From Capsulimonadales bacterium (lineage in GTDB: Bacteria; Armatimonadota; Armatimonadia; Armatimonadales; Armatimonadaceae): 64,000 nucleotides of DNA. Below, in pieces: positions 10,782 through 20,952 of this stretch (positions are counted from its first letter, which is position 1; each line of letters starts with the position of its first letter). The notes below the pieces were generated by a model that was not told where the DNA came from, searched no databases, and worked only from the letters and a program-made list of their open reading frames with translations. A program made the translations under genes and the position numbers. Location: contig JANRLW010000083.1 in the NCBI GenBank assembly GCA_033762295.1, positions 16,600 through 80,599 of the forward strand. The letters are read 5' to 3'.

Positions 10782-13700
10782 CTAGTTTGTCGCGGTGGAG
10801 GGCGACGATGCCAGTGAATTTTGACCACCCGGTCCCGCGAGTCCGCGATAAAGCTCCAGCGCTTCTCGGAAGGCATCGACAGCCCCTTTCGCGTCCCCTT
10901 TTTCGCTCCGGGTCGTTCCCAGACCCTGGTACAGTTCCGCCCGCTCGCGCCTTGCTGCGTCGCCGGCGTCGGGCGTCAACTCCAGCGCCAGCAGAAGGCT
11001 TCTCTCCTGCGCGTTCGCCGCGCCGGTCGGATCATTGCTCAGATAAAGGAGGTCGCGCAGGCGTTCATAGAGCGTTTTCAGGCGGCGGCGCGCCGGTACG
11101 TTACTTTTATCTTCGGCCAGCGGCTCCAGGACGTTCAGGCTTTGTCGACAGGCTCGTAGTGCGCCTTTCGGATCATTTTGCGCCACCCGCAGGTCGATAA
11201 AGCTGGCGTAGCAGGCGGAAAGGTCGCTCTGCGCCCGGAGGTTGGCGCGGTCCCCGGCCAGGGTACGGGCCAGCGACAGGGCGCGTTCGTAGGATCGTTC
11301 CGCGCCGGACAGGTCGTCGGTACGCCGCTGCACGTCGCCGATCCGGGTATGCGCGGCGATCAGGTCCCGGCGTATCTCGGGGGAGGGGGGTCCTTTTCCC
11401 GCCGAATCGAGCAATTTGAGACCCGTCCGGTAGGCATCGCCCGCGCCGGGAAGATCGTTCGCGGCCAGGCGTGCATCGCCGAGTTTCGCATAACCGATCG
11501 CCAGTTCGCGCGCGGTCGTGGCTCCGCGCGCCGGCTGTCCCTGCGCCACCTCCAGGCTTTGCCGATAGGCGTCGAGCGCGTTCCCAACATCCCCGAGCGC
11601 CATGTGGGCGTCGCCGACCTTTTCGTAGGCGACCGACAGGTCGCGACGCGTCGAAGCGTCGGGTCGCGGCAGGGCCAGAAGCCCTTCGAGACTTCGGCCG
11701 TACAGTTCCCGGGCGGTCCGCGCATCGCCCTGCTGTAACAGAGCGTCGCCGAGCCTCTGGCGGCAGGCGGCCAGCGCTTTTTGCGATGCGTCGTCCGCAC
11801 GGGTTTTCGCCTCGGTTTCGGCGAGCGACAGACTGCGTTCGTAGGCGGTTTTCGCCCGGTCGGTATCCCCGAAAAGAAGCCACATATCGCCCATGTATTG
11901 ATAGTTCACGCGCTTCTCGGACAGCGCTTTCGCATCGGCGATCCGGTCGAGGAGCGTCAGGTTATCTTCGAAGAGGGCGCGAAGCACCGGACGGCTGCCG
12001 GGGACGTCGATCAACCGGCGCGGCACATCGTAGGTCAGTTTGTTGACCGCTTCCAGGGCCAGCGTCTTTTGCCGTTCGGACCGTTGCCACTGACCGTAAC
12101 TGAAGAGGCCGAACCCCAGAATAACCGCACCGAACACAGCGGCGATTCCGGAACCGATCCACCAATTCCGGCGGCGGGCGGCGAGGACGGCATGACGGCT
12201 CGCTTCGATATACTCCCGTATCGAGCGATCCAGATCCTCGCGCCGATGCTCTGCCAGGTCGAGGGCATCGGTGAGAGGCTTCCCTTCCGGGAGCAGATAT
12301 TCGCGCCGTCGATCCTCCTCGCGCCAGCGTTGAGCGGACGCCGCCACCCGCTCCCGCGTCTGCAGGAACTCGATGTCCTCCGCCAGCCATTCCTGGAGTC
12401 GCGGCCAGTGTCGGAGCAGCGCTTCGTGCGCGACCCGGACGACCGGTTCCCCGCTGTCATCGCGGTCGGTCACCAGCAGCCGCGCGGCGATAAAGGCGTC
12501 GATCAGTTCGCGGCGTTCCGGAGAGGAGGCGAGGAGGGCGCGCGGGACGCGTCGGGCGGCGATTCGCTCCTCCCCGGACCTCCCGACCGTCACCAGGCCC
12601 CGCAGGATGGCCGGAAGGGCGGCCTGCGCTTCCGACGATTGTGCGCCGAACACCTCCTCGGCGCGGCGAGCCAGAGCGCCTTCCGGACCGCCGAGCTGCT
12701 CATAGGCGGCAAAGGTCAGCAGTTGGTCCGGGGTCCGTCGCCGGAACAACTCCTCCAGGGTAAATTCGAGCAGGGGCAGAGCCTCCGGATCGCGCGAGGC
12801 GGCCTCCTGCAACGTTTCGTCCAGTTTCTCGCCCGTATCGGCCCGGACCTCGAAGCGCAGTCCGGCGGCGCGGGCCGGATACCGGATCATCTGACCGATC
12901 TCCGTGACATTGGGCGGAAGGACATCGAACTGGCCTTCGCCTTTTTTCAGTTCGTTTAACTCGGGGATGTCGGCGCAATTGGGGTAAAAGTCGCTCCGCA
13001 TGGTAGCGAGGACCCAGACAAACCCACTGCGAGCGAGTGCGCCCAGAGCGGCGGCGAATCCGGCCCGGTCCAGGTCCGTCCGATCGACCAGCGTAAAAAT
13101 CTCCTCCATCTGGTCGACGATGACGAGAACCCGGGTCTGCGGCGGTTCGGCGCGGCCTTCGGCCCTGGCGACCGCGTCCGCGACACGTTTGACCGCCATA
13201 CGAAGCGCCGCGATGGCACGTTCGGGCGATTCCCGAAACAGGGCCGCCAGTTCCCCGGGGTCGAAGCCGATCTCTGCCAGTTCGGGAAGAGCGGTCCGCT
13301 CGAAAAAAGCGAAAGCAAGTGCGGCGAAAAGGTCCGTCGGCGCGTCGGTGGGACGGAACGCGCCCCATCGCCAGATGCCGATTCCCTCCACGATGCCCGG
13401 CTGCAGGAGGGTCGGCAGGACACCGGCGCGAACCAGCGACGATTTGCCGCAGCCGCTCATTCCCAGCACCAGAACGAAGGCGCAACCCCGGGCCGCCTGG
13501 TGCGTCAACGCCTCCTTGATCCCGGCAATCGCCCGGGTCCGTCCGAAAAAGACCGGCGCGTGTTCCGGGTCGAACGCTTCCAGTCCCCGAAATGGGGAAC
13601 CCTTGTACCAGAGGATCGGCGTCGGCCCCTCCCCGTCGACGCTGAGATGGGTCGGCAGTTTCTCCCGGATCAGGCGGCGCAGATGCGATTCCAGAACGGT

Positions 13701-14219
13701 TTCAAAGGCGTCGGGAGCGTCGAACGTGTGAAAGGCGGCGCGAAACGTGTCGCGGGCGTTCCCGAACCAGCGATCGATAAAGGTGTCGAGCGCCTTTTTC
13801 TGCTCCAGTCGTTGCATCAGGGCCGCCTCGTCGCTCATGCTCGCGCGCGGTTCGGCGGTCTTGCGATAGACCATCAGGTCCGGCGTCCCCCGTTCCCGGA
13901 ACGAGCGCATCGCGTCCTCGAACTCCCACTCGGTTCCGGAGGCGAAGGAGGAGCCGTCCTCGCGCCGGAATTGCTCCGGAAGCCGTGTCCCCAACCGGGA
14001 CCAGAGGATGCAAACGACGATATCGGTCTCGGAAGGGGGGATGATCTGCTCCTGAAAGTGCGAGGTCGCCCGCAGCGGCTCATGCTCCCAGAGAATCGGC
14101 TCCAGTTCGACGTACCCGGCGAACTCTCCTTGAAGCCGTTCGATGACGCGGGTCGCGATCAATCGCTCCTGTCCGACATCTCCGGGCGAGGAGATGAAGA
14201 TACGCAGTTTGCGGATCAT
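10782..14219 (-). CDS. STAND (nSTAND1-like) NTPase with DUF4062-like N-terminus, one TM helix and C-terminal TPR repeats
   Basis: 'LRIFISSPGDVGQER...VVCILWSRLGT...SGTEWEFE'; 'SPFRGLEAF...FFGR'; Walker A 'GMSGCGKSS'; Walker B 'IVDQMEEIFT'; 'ALPLLEFTL', 'VAHEALLRHWPRL'; TM 'WWIGSGIAAVFGAVILGFGLF'; TPRs such as 'RDLSVAYEKVGD'. Confidence 0.9.
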   Translation of the reverse strand: MIRKLRIFISSPGDVGQERLIATRVIERLQGEFAGYVELEPILWEHEPLRATSHFQEQIIPPSETDIVVCILWSRLGTRLPEQFRREDGSSFASGTEWEFEDAMRSFRERGTPDLMVYRKTAEPRASMSDEAALMQRLEQKKALDTFIDRWFGNARDTFRAAFHTFDAPDAFETVLESHLRRLIREKLPTHLSVDGEGPTPILWYKGSPFRGLEAFDPEHAPVFFGRTRAIAGIKEALTHQAARGCAFVLVLGMSGCGKSSLVRAGVLPTLLQPGIVEGIGIWRWGAFRPTDAPTDLFAALAFAFFERTALPELAEIGFDPGELAALFRESPERAIAALRMAVKRVADAVARAEGRAEPPQTRVLVIVDQMEEIFTLVDRTDLDRAGFAAALGALARSGFVWVLATMRSDFYPNCADIPELNELKKGEGQFDVLPPNVTEIGQMIRYPARAAGLRFEVRADTGEKLDETLQEAASRDPEALPLLEFTLEELFRRRTPDQLLTFAAYEQLGGPEGALARRAEEVFGAQSSEAQAALPAILRGLVTVGRSGEERIAARRVPRALLASSPERRELIDAFIAARLLVTDRDDSGEPVVRVAHEALLRHWPRLQEWLAEDIEFLQTRERVAASAQRWREEDRRREYLLPEGKPLTDALDLAEHRREDLDRSIREYIEASRHAVLAARRRNWWIGSGIAAVFGAVILGFGLFSYGQWQRSERQKTLALEAVNKLTYDVPRRLIDVPGSRPVLRALFEDNLTLLDRIADAKALSEKRVNYQYMGDMWLLFGDTDRAKTAYERSLSLAETEAKTRADDASQKALAACRQRLGDALLQQGDARTARELYGRSLEGLLALPRPDASTRRDLSVAYEKVGDAHMALGDVGNALDAYRQSLEVAQGQPARGATTARELAIGYAKLGDARLAANDLPGAGDAYRTGLKLLDSAGKGPPSPEIRRDLIAAHTRIGDVQRRTDDLSGAERSYERALSLARTLAGDRANLRAQSDLSACYASFIDLRVAQNDPKGALRACRQSLNVLEPLAEDKSNVPARRRLKTLYERLRDLLYLSNDPTGAANAQERSLLLALELTPDAGDAARRERAELYQGLGTTRSEKGDAKGAVDAFREALELYRGLAGPGGQNSLASSPSTATN

Positions 14220-14302
14220 AACGCCTCATCTTAACACGAATTTCAACGGATTGAAGACAGGTGCGTCGAACTGCGGAAGCGTCCCTTTCCGTCCGGCCTT
14301 GT

Positions 14303-15250
14303 TCAGTTGCCGGAGACGCTGTCGACGCGTGCGAAGAGGGTGCGCAGGCGTTCGAGCAGGGCAGGGGAGAGCGGCGGGCGGGAAAGGGAGCGGAGATTCG
14401 CCGCCAGATGCTCCGGGTTGCCGGTGCCCGAAAGGACTACATGAACGCCCGGTTCGTCGCGACAGAAGCGATAGGCGGCGTCCGGAAGGCTATCCGCCTC
14501 GGAAAGCAGAAAGCCCAGCGGGTCGTCGGCGTCGAACGCCTCCGGATCGACCTGCCCCCGCTCGACCAGTTCACGCATCAATTCTTTCAGAGCGTCCGGG
14601 TTGCTCAAAGCGCGACGGACGGCGAACATGTCCAAAACGCCGATTCCTTTCGCCAGCGTCGTCGGCAGAACACGAACACGGGCGGACGGATTGAGCAGGT
14701 TAAACCCCACCATCATCACGTCCCAGCAGTCATCCCGGATCGCCCTCCGGAGCATGACATGGCCCGGGTCCGGGATAAACGCCTCGGTAATGCCGAGAAA
14801 GCGGATCTTCCCCTGGTCCCGGAGCCGCTCCAGAGCGGGGACCAGTTCGGTCCGGCAGTAGTCGTACTCGTCGGCGGTGACCCCGTGTAACTGCAACACG
14901 TCGACATAATCGGTCCGGAGGCGGCGCAGTCCGGCCTCGGCCGCTTCGCACAGTTCGTCAGCGGTGCGTTTGCCCTCGCCTCCTCGTCGATCGACCGACA
15001 CCTTGGTAGCCAGCACGACGGCGTCGCGCGGTGTGTCGGACGATGCCAGCGCTTGTCCGACAACCGTCTCGGTACCGTAGGCTTCCGCCGTATCGATAAA
15101 GTTGATTCCGGCTGCCAGTGCCTGACGGACGATTCCGATCGCGTTCTCCTCGCCCCGCTGCTGACTCAGCCCGAGTCGGCTATGCCCGCCGCAGCCCAGC
15201 CCCATTACACTGACGGAAAGACCGGTGCGTCCCAGCGTTCGATATTCCAT
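14303..15250 (-). CDS. Aldo/keto reductase
   Basis: 'MEYRTLGRTGLSVSVMGLG', 'GINFIDTAEAYG', 'LRRLRTDYVDVLQLHG', 'GKIRFLG'. Confidence 0.92.
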   Translation of the reverse strand: MEYRTLGRTGLSVSVMGLGCGGHSRLGLSQQRGEENAIGIVRQALAAGINFIDTAEAYGTETVVGQALASSDTPRDAVVLATKVSVDRRGGEGKRTADELCEAAEAGLRRLRTDYVDVLQLHGVTADEYDYCRTELVPALERLRDQGKIRFLGITEAFIPDPGHVMLRRAIRDDCWDVMMVGFNLLNPSARVRVLPTTLAKGIGVLDMFAVRRALSNPDALKELMRELVERGQVDPEAFDADDPLGFLLSEADSLPDAAYRFCRDEPGVHVVLSGTGNPEHLAANLRSLSRPPLSPALLERLRTLFARVDSVSGN

Positions 15251-15308
15251 AGGCGAATGATACCTGAACCGCATCCCGGTCCGATGGCTCGTTCGAGGAC
15301 GGGGCGGT

Positions 15309-17450
15309 TCAGGGAAGCGGTGCAGCGGGACGTAGCACCAGATGTTCGATAAAGAACTCCATGGCGCGCAGAGTATTCAGGCCGGTGTGCTCCAAGTCCG
15401 GTCCCACCTGAAGGTCGAAGCTTTTCCCGGCCCGCTGCAGGGCGGCGACCAGCTGCATCGTGTTGGACGGGTGCACATTGTTGTCGGCCGTCCCGAAATA
15501 GAGCATCAGGCGTCCCTTCAGGTTGTTCGCGTAAGTCATTGCCGAACCGGCGTCATAGCCGGCGCGGTTCTCCTGCGGCAGCCACATATACCGTTCGGTG
15601 TAGATCGTGTCGTAGTTTCGCCAGTCGGTCACGCTCGAGGAGGCGCAGGCGGCCTGAAAGACGTCCGGATAACGGAGCAGCGCCATCGCCGACGCATAGC
15701 CACCGTAGGACGTTCCCTCGATACCGACCCGGCCACCATCCACGTAGGGACGCTGACGAAGGAACCGGACCCCTGCCGCCTGATCGTCGATCTCGACCGT
15801 GCCCATCTTCAGGTACAGGGCGTCCTTGAACGCCCGACCACGGCCGCGCCCGCCCCGCGCATCGAATCGCGCCACCAGAAAGCCGAGTTCGACGAGACTC
15901 GGAGGCAGAGAGTAGTTTTCGCTCGCCCCCGTCGTCTCCGGCCCGGCGTAAACGAACACGAGCAGGGGATACTTACGGTTCGGGTCGAAATCGGACGGGA
16001 ACTGCAGGGTCCCGTATAGATCGGTGGTGCCGTCGCCCGCCTTGAAGGTGAAAAATTCGGTCGGCGGGATACCCGTGGAGCGCAGCTTTTCGCGGTCGGC
16101 CTGCGCCAGCGTCGTCAGCAGCTTGCCGTTCGCGTCCAGCAGACGGGTCGAGGGCGGGACGTTGTGCGCCTGCGCGATATCGACGATATGTTTTCCGTCC
16201 GGCGCGATATCCGTGGCATGATGCAGCGCGGGATCGGTCAGGCGGACGTCGTTTTTGCCGTCAAGGCCGACACGATGCAACTGGAGCTTGTGCGGGTTGT
16301 CGCCGTTGCGGGCGGTATAAAAGATCGTTCCCGCCGTTTCATCGACGCGAACGACGTTCTCCGTTTCGAACGCATGCCGGGTCACGGTGGAGAGCAGTTT
16401 CCCGCTCAGGTCATACAGGTAGATATTTCGAAACCCGTTCCGCTCGGAGGTCCAAAGAAACCGTTGTCCGTCCGCCAGAAAGGTGATTTCCGGATGTTCG
16501 CTGACCCATCCGTTGGGGTTCGTCTCCTCGACAATGTTACGGCACCGGCCGGTCGTCGGATCGCAGGCGGTCAGGGTCACGCGGTTCTGGCGGCGGTTGG
16601 CGCGGTTACAGAGAATCTCCTTGCCGTCGGGCGACCAGCGGACATCGTAGACGTAGTGCCCGAGGACGTTATCGGTGAACGACTGGCCGTCACGAACATC
16701 GATCCGGGTCGTTTGCTTCGTCGCCAGGTCATAGACGAAAAGATCGACGATCGGGTTGGGCGCACCCGCTTTCGGATACGGTTCGATATCCGGTTTGGAC
16801 TGAATCTGCAGTTGATCCAGAGCGAGATAGTAATCCGGCACCCGGCTCTCATCGAAGCGGTAGAAAGCGAGTTTCTTTCCGTCGGGCGACCACCACATCG
16901 CCGTCCGCTGATTCAACTCCTCGCCGTAGACCCAACTGGCCGTTCCGTACTTGACTCGCTTCTGCGCGCTGCCCTCGGTCGTCACGGCGACGGCCCCGTT
17001 GCCCTCGGCATCGCCGATCAGGACGTTATTGTCCCGGTAGATCGCTCTGCGGGTCCGGTCGGGCGAATCGGCGAAGGTGAACTGACGGCCCCGGGCGGGC
17101 GCGCCGAATCGGCGGCGTGTCGGGCGCGTGTCCGCGGCGGTTCCCGGCGGCAGTTCGACCGTCGTCGCGGCGGCGAAATCGTAGCGGTAAGCCTTTCCCT
17201 GGCGGACAAACCGGTACGCCTTGCCGTTATCGATCCAGGCGCCGGGAAGAGTTCCGGTCGAAATCGCCTCCTGGGCTTCGGTGTAACGCGGGCGCATCCG
17301 CTGGTAACGATCATAACCGGGCAGTGCGGGCAGCCGGTCCTGTGCGGTAACGGAGGACACCGGGAGGACCGCAAGCACGAGGGACAGCAGAAGCGGGAGG
17401 GAAAGGCGGCGAGAGAGTTGTGAGGACGGGAAAGGAACGGTAATCGGCAT
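15309..17450 (-). CDS. Dipeptidyl peptidase IV / S9B family serine peptidase, exported
   Basis: Signal peptide; DPPIV_N motifs 'WVYGEEL...WWSPDG', 'YPKAG'; nucleophile 'GTSYGG'; 'YDTIYTERYM', 'DNNVH'. Confidence 0.92.
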   Translation of the reverse strand: MPITVPFPSSQLSRRLSLPLLLSLVLAVLPVSSVTAQDRLPALPGYDRYQRMRPRYTEAQEAISTGTLPGAWIDNGKAYRFVRQGKAYRYDFAAATTVELPPGTAADTRPTRRRFGAPARGRQFTFADSPDRTRRAIYRDNNVLIGDAEGNGAVAVTTEGSAQKRVKYGTASWVYGEELNQRTAMWWSPDGKKLAFYRFDESRVPDYYLALDQLQIQSKPDIEPYPKAGAPNPIVDLFVYDLATKQTTRIDVRDGQSFTDNVLGHYVYDVRWSPDGKEILCNRANRRQNRVTLTACDPTTGRCRNIVEETNPNGWVSEHPEITFLADGQRFLWTSERNGFRNIYLYDLSGKLLSTVTRHAFETENVVRVDETAGTIFYTARNGDNPHKLQLHRVGLDGKNDVRLTDPALHHATDIAPDGKHIVDIAQAHNVPPSTRLLDANGKLLTTLAQADREKLRSTGIPPTEFFTFKAGDGTTDLYGTLQFPSDFDPNRKYPLLVFVYAGPETTGASENYSLPPSLVELGFLVARFDARGGRGRGRAFKDALYLKMGTVEIDDQAAGVRFLRQRPYVDGGRVGIEGTSYGGYASAMALLRYPDVFQAACASSSVTDWRNYDTIYTERYMWLPQENRAGYDAGSAMTYANNLKGRLMLYFGTADNNVHPSNTMQLVAALQRAGKSFDLQVGPDLEHTGLNTLRAMEFFIEHLVLRPAAPLP

Positions 17451-17502
17451 GGAGGGGATTTCGACAGGGAACCGGTGGATTCCTTGACCCGACCGCTTCG
17501 TT

Positions 17503-17568
17503 CTCTCCGGTCTCTTCGGCCTCTCCGGCCTCTCCGGTCTCCCGGCGAAGGAGACCGGAAAGGACCGG
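17503..17568. repeat. Five degenerate 9-bp tandem units overlapping a hairpin (probable terminator)
   Basis: CTCTCCGGT/CTCTTCGGC/CTCTCCGGC/CTCTCCGGT/CTCCCGGCG at 17503-17547; CCGGTCTCC pairs with GGAGACCGG downstream. Confidence 0.55.
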
Positions 17569-17573
17569 CAAGG

Positions 17574-18554
17574 TTATTCCGGGCTGTCGGCGCGGAGGTC
17601 GAGGTAATCGATCTCCTGCGCGGTCAGGGTCAGGTTGGCGGCGGCGACATTGGCGTCCAGTTCGGTCTCATTTGCCGAGCCGACCAGGGCGAAGAGATTG
17701 AGCGGGAAGTTCAGCACCCAGGCCAGAGCGACCTGCGGAATCGTCAGACCCTTTCGTTCGCCGAGTTCCTTCACGCGATCCAGTCGCCGGAAGTTGTCCT
17801 CGGAGTTGTAGCACTGCTGAACCAGTTTGTTGAAGTAGTCGGAATGTTCGTCGCCGATGTTTTCACGGGTGAACCGTCCCGACCAGAAACCGCCCGCCAT
17901 CGAGGACCAGGCGAAGATCGGCATCCGCGTTCGGGCGTACCAACCGCGTTCGATCTCATTCCGGGGGCCGGAGATGCTGATACAGTCGGCCCAGGGTTCC
18001 TTGACCTGATCGGCCAGGGAGAAGTTCGGGGAGGAGACGGCGAACCCGATCTGCCCGGACCGGGCGGCGTAGTCGTTGGCCTCCTGCAGACGGGCGGCGG
18101 TCCAGTTGGACCCGCCGAACGCCCGGATCTTGCCCTCGCGGACGAACTGGTTGAGCGCATCGACGATCGGTTCGACCGGGTAGTCAGGGTCATCCCGGTG
18201 CAGAACGTAAAGATCGACGTACTCGACCTGCATGTGGGCCAGGGTGTCGTGCAGGTCGGTCCCGATATCGTAGGGGGTGACGCGTTTCCGGACGTCGTTA
18301 TGGTGCGAACCCTTCGCGAGAACGGTGACCTGTTCCCGGTTGTCGCGCGCCTTCATCCATTTGCCGATGAACCGGTCCGAAGTGCCATAGATGCGGGCGG
18401 TATCGATCGCGGTGATTCCGCGTTCGAACGCGGCGTCGAGAAGGGCGAACCCTTTGTCCTCCTCGTTGACCTTGACCTGAATCACGCCCTGAACGATGCG
18501 TGGAATCTTCTTGTCCACGCCGGGCACTTCACCGTATTTTTCCAGTTTCGCCAT
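17574..18554 (-). CDS. Aldo/keto reductase
   Basis: 'IDTARIYG', 'YVDLYVLHRDDP', 'GKIRAFGGSNW', 'QVALAWVL'. Confidence 0.92.
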   Translation of the reverse strand: MAKLEKYGEVPGVDKKIPRIVQGVIQVKVNEEDKGFALLDAAFERGITAIDTARIYGTSDRFIGKWMKARDNREQVTVLAKGSHHNDVRKRVTPYDIGTDLHDTLAHMQVEYVDLYVLHRDDPDYPVEPIVDALNQFVREGKIRAFGGSNWTAARLQEANDYAARSGQIGFAVSSPNFSLADQVKEPWADCISISGPRNEIERGWYARTRMPIFAWSSMAGGFWSGRFTRENIGDEHSDYFNKLVQQCYNSEDNFRRLDRVKELGERKGLTIPQVALAWVLNFPLNLFALVGSANETELDANVAAANLTLTAQEIDYLDLRADSPE

Positions 18555-18584
18555 ATCTGCTATTCCTTCTTGAAGAAACCTGAA

Positions 18585-19607
18585 CTATTCCATCGGGTAT
18601 TTGATGCCCATCTGCGCCCGGAGCGCATCGAGCGTCCTCATGACGGCGACCGTATCGCGATGCGGGATGATGTCCGATTCGGTCTTCCCGGCACGCAGGC
18701 AGTCGGCCACATGCATCGCCTCGTACTGGAAGCCGCCGCCCTCGAAAGGGAACTCCAGCGTTTCCGGGTCCTTGCCGTTGCGATGAACGGTCAGTTTCTT
18801 CGGGCACCACCAGGGGCTTGGAAACTCGATCTTGCCGTCGGTGCCGAGGAGGGTCGCCGTCCAGGAGGTCGTCACCTGAATGGACGTCGACAGGATGCCG
18901 ATCTCGCCGCCGGGGAAGCGGAGCAGCATGCCGGAGTTCTCATCGACGCCGGTGTCGCCGAGTTTGGCCGTACCCAGGACGGTGTCGGGTTCGCCGAAGA
19001 ACATATTGGCCAGGGAGACAGGATAGACGCCGACATCCATCAGCGCGCCGCCGCCCAGAGCGGGATCGAAAAGACGTCCGCCCGGATTGTAGCCGGTCAG
19101 CTTACCTTCGTCGGTGGTCGCGCCGGCCTTGAATCCGAAATCGGCGATCAACTGGCGGGGCTTGCCGATCTCCCCGGCGGCGACCAGTTCGCGCGCCTTG
19201 ACCATCACCGGGAAGCAGCGGGTCCACATGCCTTCCATCAGGAAGAGGCTCTTTTCCCGCGCCGTCCGGAGCAGAACCTCGGTTTCGGCGAGGTTGATCG
19301 TGAACGGCTTTTCGCAGAGTACCGCTTTCCCGGCGTTCAGAGCCAGCAGCGTATGCTCCCGGTGAAAGTTGTGCGGCGTCGCGACATACACGACATCGAC
19401 CTCGGGGTCGTTGGCCAGCGCCTCGTAGGAGTCGTGTCGGTTCGGGATATCGTATTTGTCGGCGAAGGTATGGGCCTTTTCGCTGCCGCGCGAACCGACG
19501 GCGATCAGGCGATGGTCGGCCAGGTTTTTGACGTCATTGGAAAAACGGGTGGCGATGCCGCCTGCGCCCAGAATGCCCCAGCGCAGCGGCGTATGGTTGT
19601 CGGACAT
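18585..19607 (-). CDS. Gfo/Idh/MocA family oxidoreductase
   Basis: 'LRWGILGAGGIA', 'DVVYVATPHNFH', 'VLCEKP', 'GGGALMDVGVY'. Confidence 0.93.
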   Translation of the reverse strand: MSDNHTPLRWGILGAGGIATRFSNDVKNLADHRLIAVGSRGSEKAHTFADKYDIPNRHDSYEALANDPEVDVVYVATPHNFHREHTLLALNAGKAVLCEKPFTINLAETEVLLRTAREKSLFLMEGMWTRCFPVMVKARELVAAGEIGKPRQLIADFGFKAGATTDEGKLTGYNPGGRLFDPALGGGALMDVGVYPVSLANMFFGEPDTVLGTAKLGDTGVDENSGMLLRFPGGEIGILSTSIQVTTSWTATLLGTDGKIEFPSPWWCPKKLTVHRNGKDPETLEFPFEGGGFQYEAMHVADCLRAGKTESDIIPHRDTVAVMRTLDALRAQMGIKYPME

Positions 19608-19682
19608 GGGATTTGTTTCCTGTGTGGTTGATCGATCCGCAGAGACGAGGGGAAGGTGTCAACCCCGTGGTACGTTCTGCTC

Positions 19683-19712
19683 AGAATAGCACAAAAATTC
19701 CGACGATGTCAA
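19683..19712 (-). promoter_or_regulatory. Sigma70-type promoter for the Gfo/Idh/MocA-AKR pair
   Basis: Minus strand TTGACA-N18-TATTCT with TG extended -10. Confidence 0.6.
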
Positions 19713-20851
19713 TTGGCCTCGGGCGGGACGTGCGGCGGGGACGCGAGTCGTTCGAGGGTAGCCGCCATGATATCTCCGGTCTGGGCGGTCAGGGTATAGA
19801 ACATCGCTTCGCGAAAGCGTCGCTGGGCCGGATGATCCAGGGCGTTGGCACCGCCCGAGGCGGCGGCGACCGTCATGTGCGCGGCCCGCACTCCCAGGGT
19901 GATGGCCCAGGCGCGGGCTTTCAGGGCGTTCGGCCGGTACTCCGGGCGATCCTTCGGGCCGTCCGCCCAGCGGCGCGCCTCCTCTCGACATGCCTCGATC
20001 TCGGCGTCGAGGGCGTTCGCGGCGTCGGCGATAAACGACAGATGCGTCCGTTGCCCGGCGATCCGACGCAGCAGGCGGAGGGAACCGGTGGCGCAACCGA
20101 GGGGCAGGGCCACGACCCCGGCGATATTGTTGGTATCGCCCTTCGCCATCTCCTCGCGGGAGGAGTAGCGGACGAAGTCCCGCTCCGGAACGAATACATC
20201 GGTCAGGCGGATTTCGACCGTCGCCGACGCGCTCATCGCGCAGAGTTCCTGCCAGTCGGAGACGGCGATACCGTCGCGCGGTTCGGCGGAGGAATAAAGA
20301 TAGATGTGGCGATTGTCGGGCAGGGTCGCGCCGTAAAGGACGCCGGACAGAGCGGGCCATCCGGTCACCCAGGGAGCGACGCCGTTCAGCCGCCAGCCGC
20401 CGGGGACGGGCTCGGCGCGGAGGACGGGGTCGGGTCGGCGCAGATGTCCGAAGGAGACCCCGATATAGTGTCGTCCGGCGGCGGCCTCCTTCAGGTAACG
20501 CTCGCGTAACGAAGGATTGGCGCTGTTCGCAATCTGGCCGCACGCGCCCAGATGCTGGGTCAGGATGAACCAGGTGGTGCCGCAGGCGGCGGTCAGCGTC
20601 TCGGTGAAGCGTCTCTGGAACGCGCCGGACAGACCGAGTCCGCCCCATTCTTTCGGGGTGGTCACCCCGACGAGACCGGCCTGCGCCAGGGCGTCCAGGT
20701 TCTCGCGAGGGAAACGCCGATTCCGGTCAATCTCCTCGGCGCGTGGTTCGAGCACGGTATCGGCGATACCACGGGCGCGGTCGAGATATTCTTCCTCTTC
20801 GGCGGTCAGAGTCGGCGCGGGCGGCGCGGAGAGTTCGGCGGCGTTTTCCAT
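19709..20851 (-). CDS. Acyl-CoA dehydrogenase-family protein
   Basis: 'RAEEIDR...FPRENLDALAQAGLVG...PKEWGGLG', 'GWRLNGVAPWVTG', 'HPAQRRFREAMF'; start placed at MENAAE. Confidence 0.85.
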   Translation of the reverse strand: MENAAELSAPPAPTLTAEEEEYLDRARGIADTVLEPRAEEIDRNRRFPRENLDALAQAGLVGVTTPKEWGGLGLSGAFQRRFTETLTAACGTTWFILTQHLGACGQIANSANPSLRERYLKEAAAGRHYIGVSFGHLRRPDPVLRAEPVPGGWRLNGVAPWVTGWPALSGVLYGATLPDNRHIYLYSSAEPRDGIAVSDWQELCAMSASATVEIRLTDVFVPERDFVRYSSREEMAKGDTNNIAGVVALPLGCATGSLRLLRRIAGQRTHLSFIADAANALDAEIEACREEARRWADGPKDRPEYRPNALKARAWAITLGVRAAHMTVAAASGGANALDHPAQRRFREAMFYTLTAQTGDIMAATLERLASPPHVPPEAN

Positions 20852-20952
20852 GATCGTACGGCCGATTATACCCGTTGTACCCGGTTTGCCCGTACTGCCG
20901 TCGATATCCGTCTCCGGCAGGAGCCCGCCGGTCCCGGCGTGAAAGAAGAGAG

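Noticed and set aside
17475..19631. Long alternative ORFs (e.g. 17475-19631 +, 22844-25090 -, 29917-32241 -, 32340-34664 -)
   Set aside because: Antisense shadows of well-supported genes, typical of high-GC DNA; no motifs.
20852..20952. 6S RNA upstream of 5-formyl-THF cyclo-ligase
   Set aside because: Only about 100 nt between divergent genes, too short, and no long hairpin seen.
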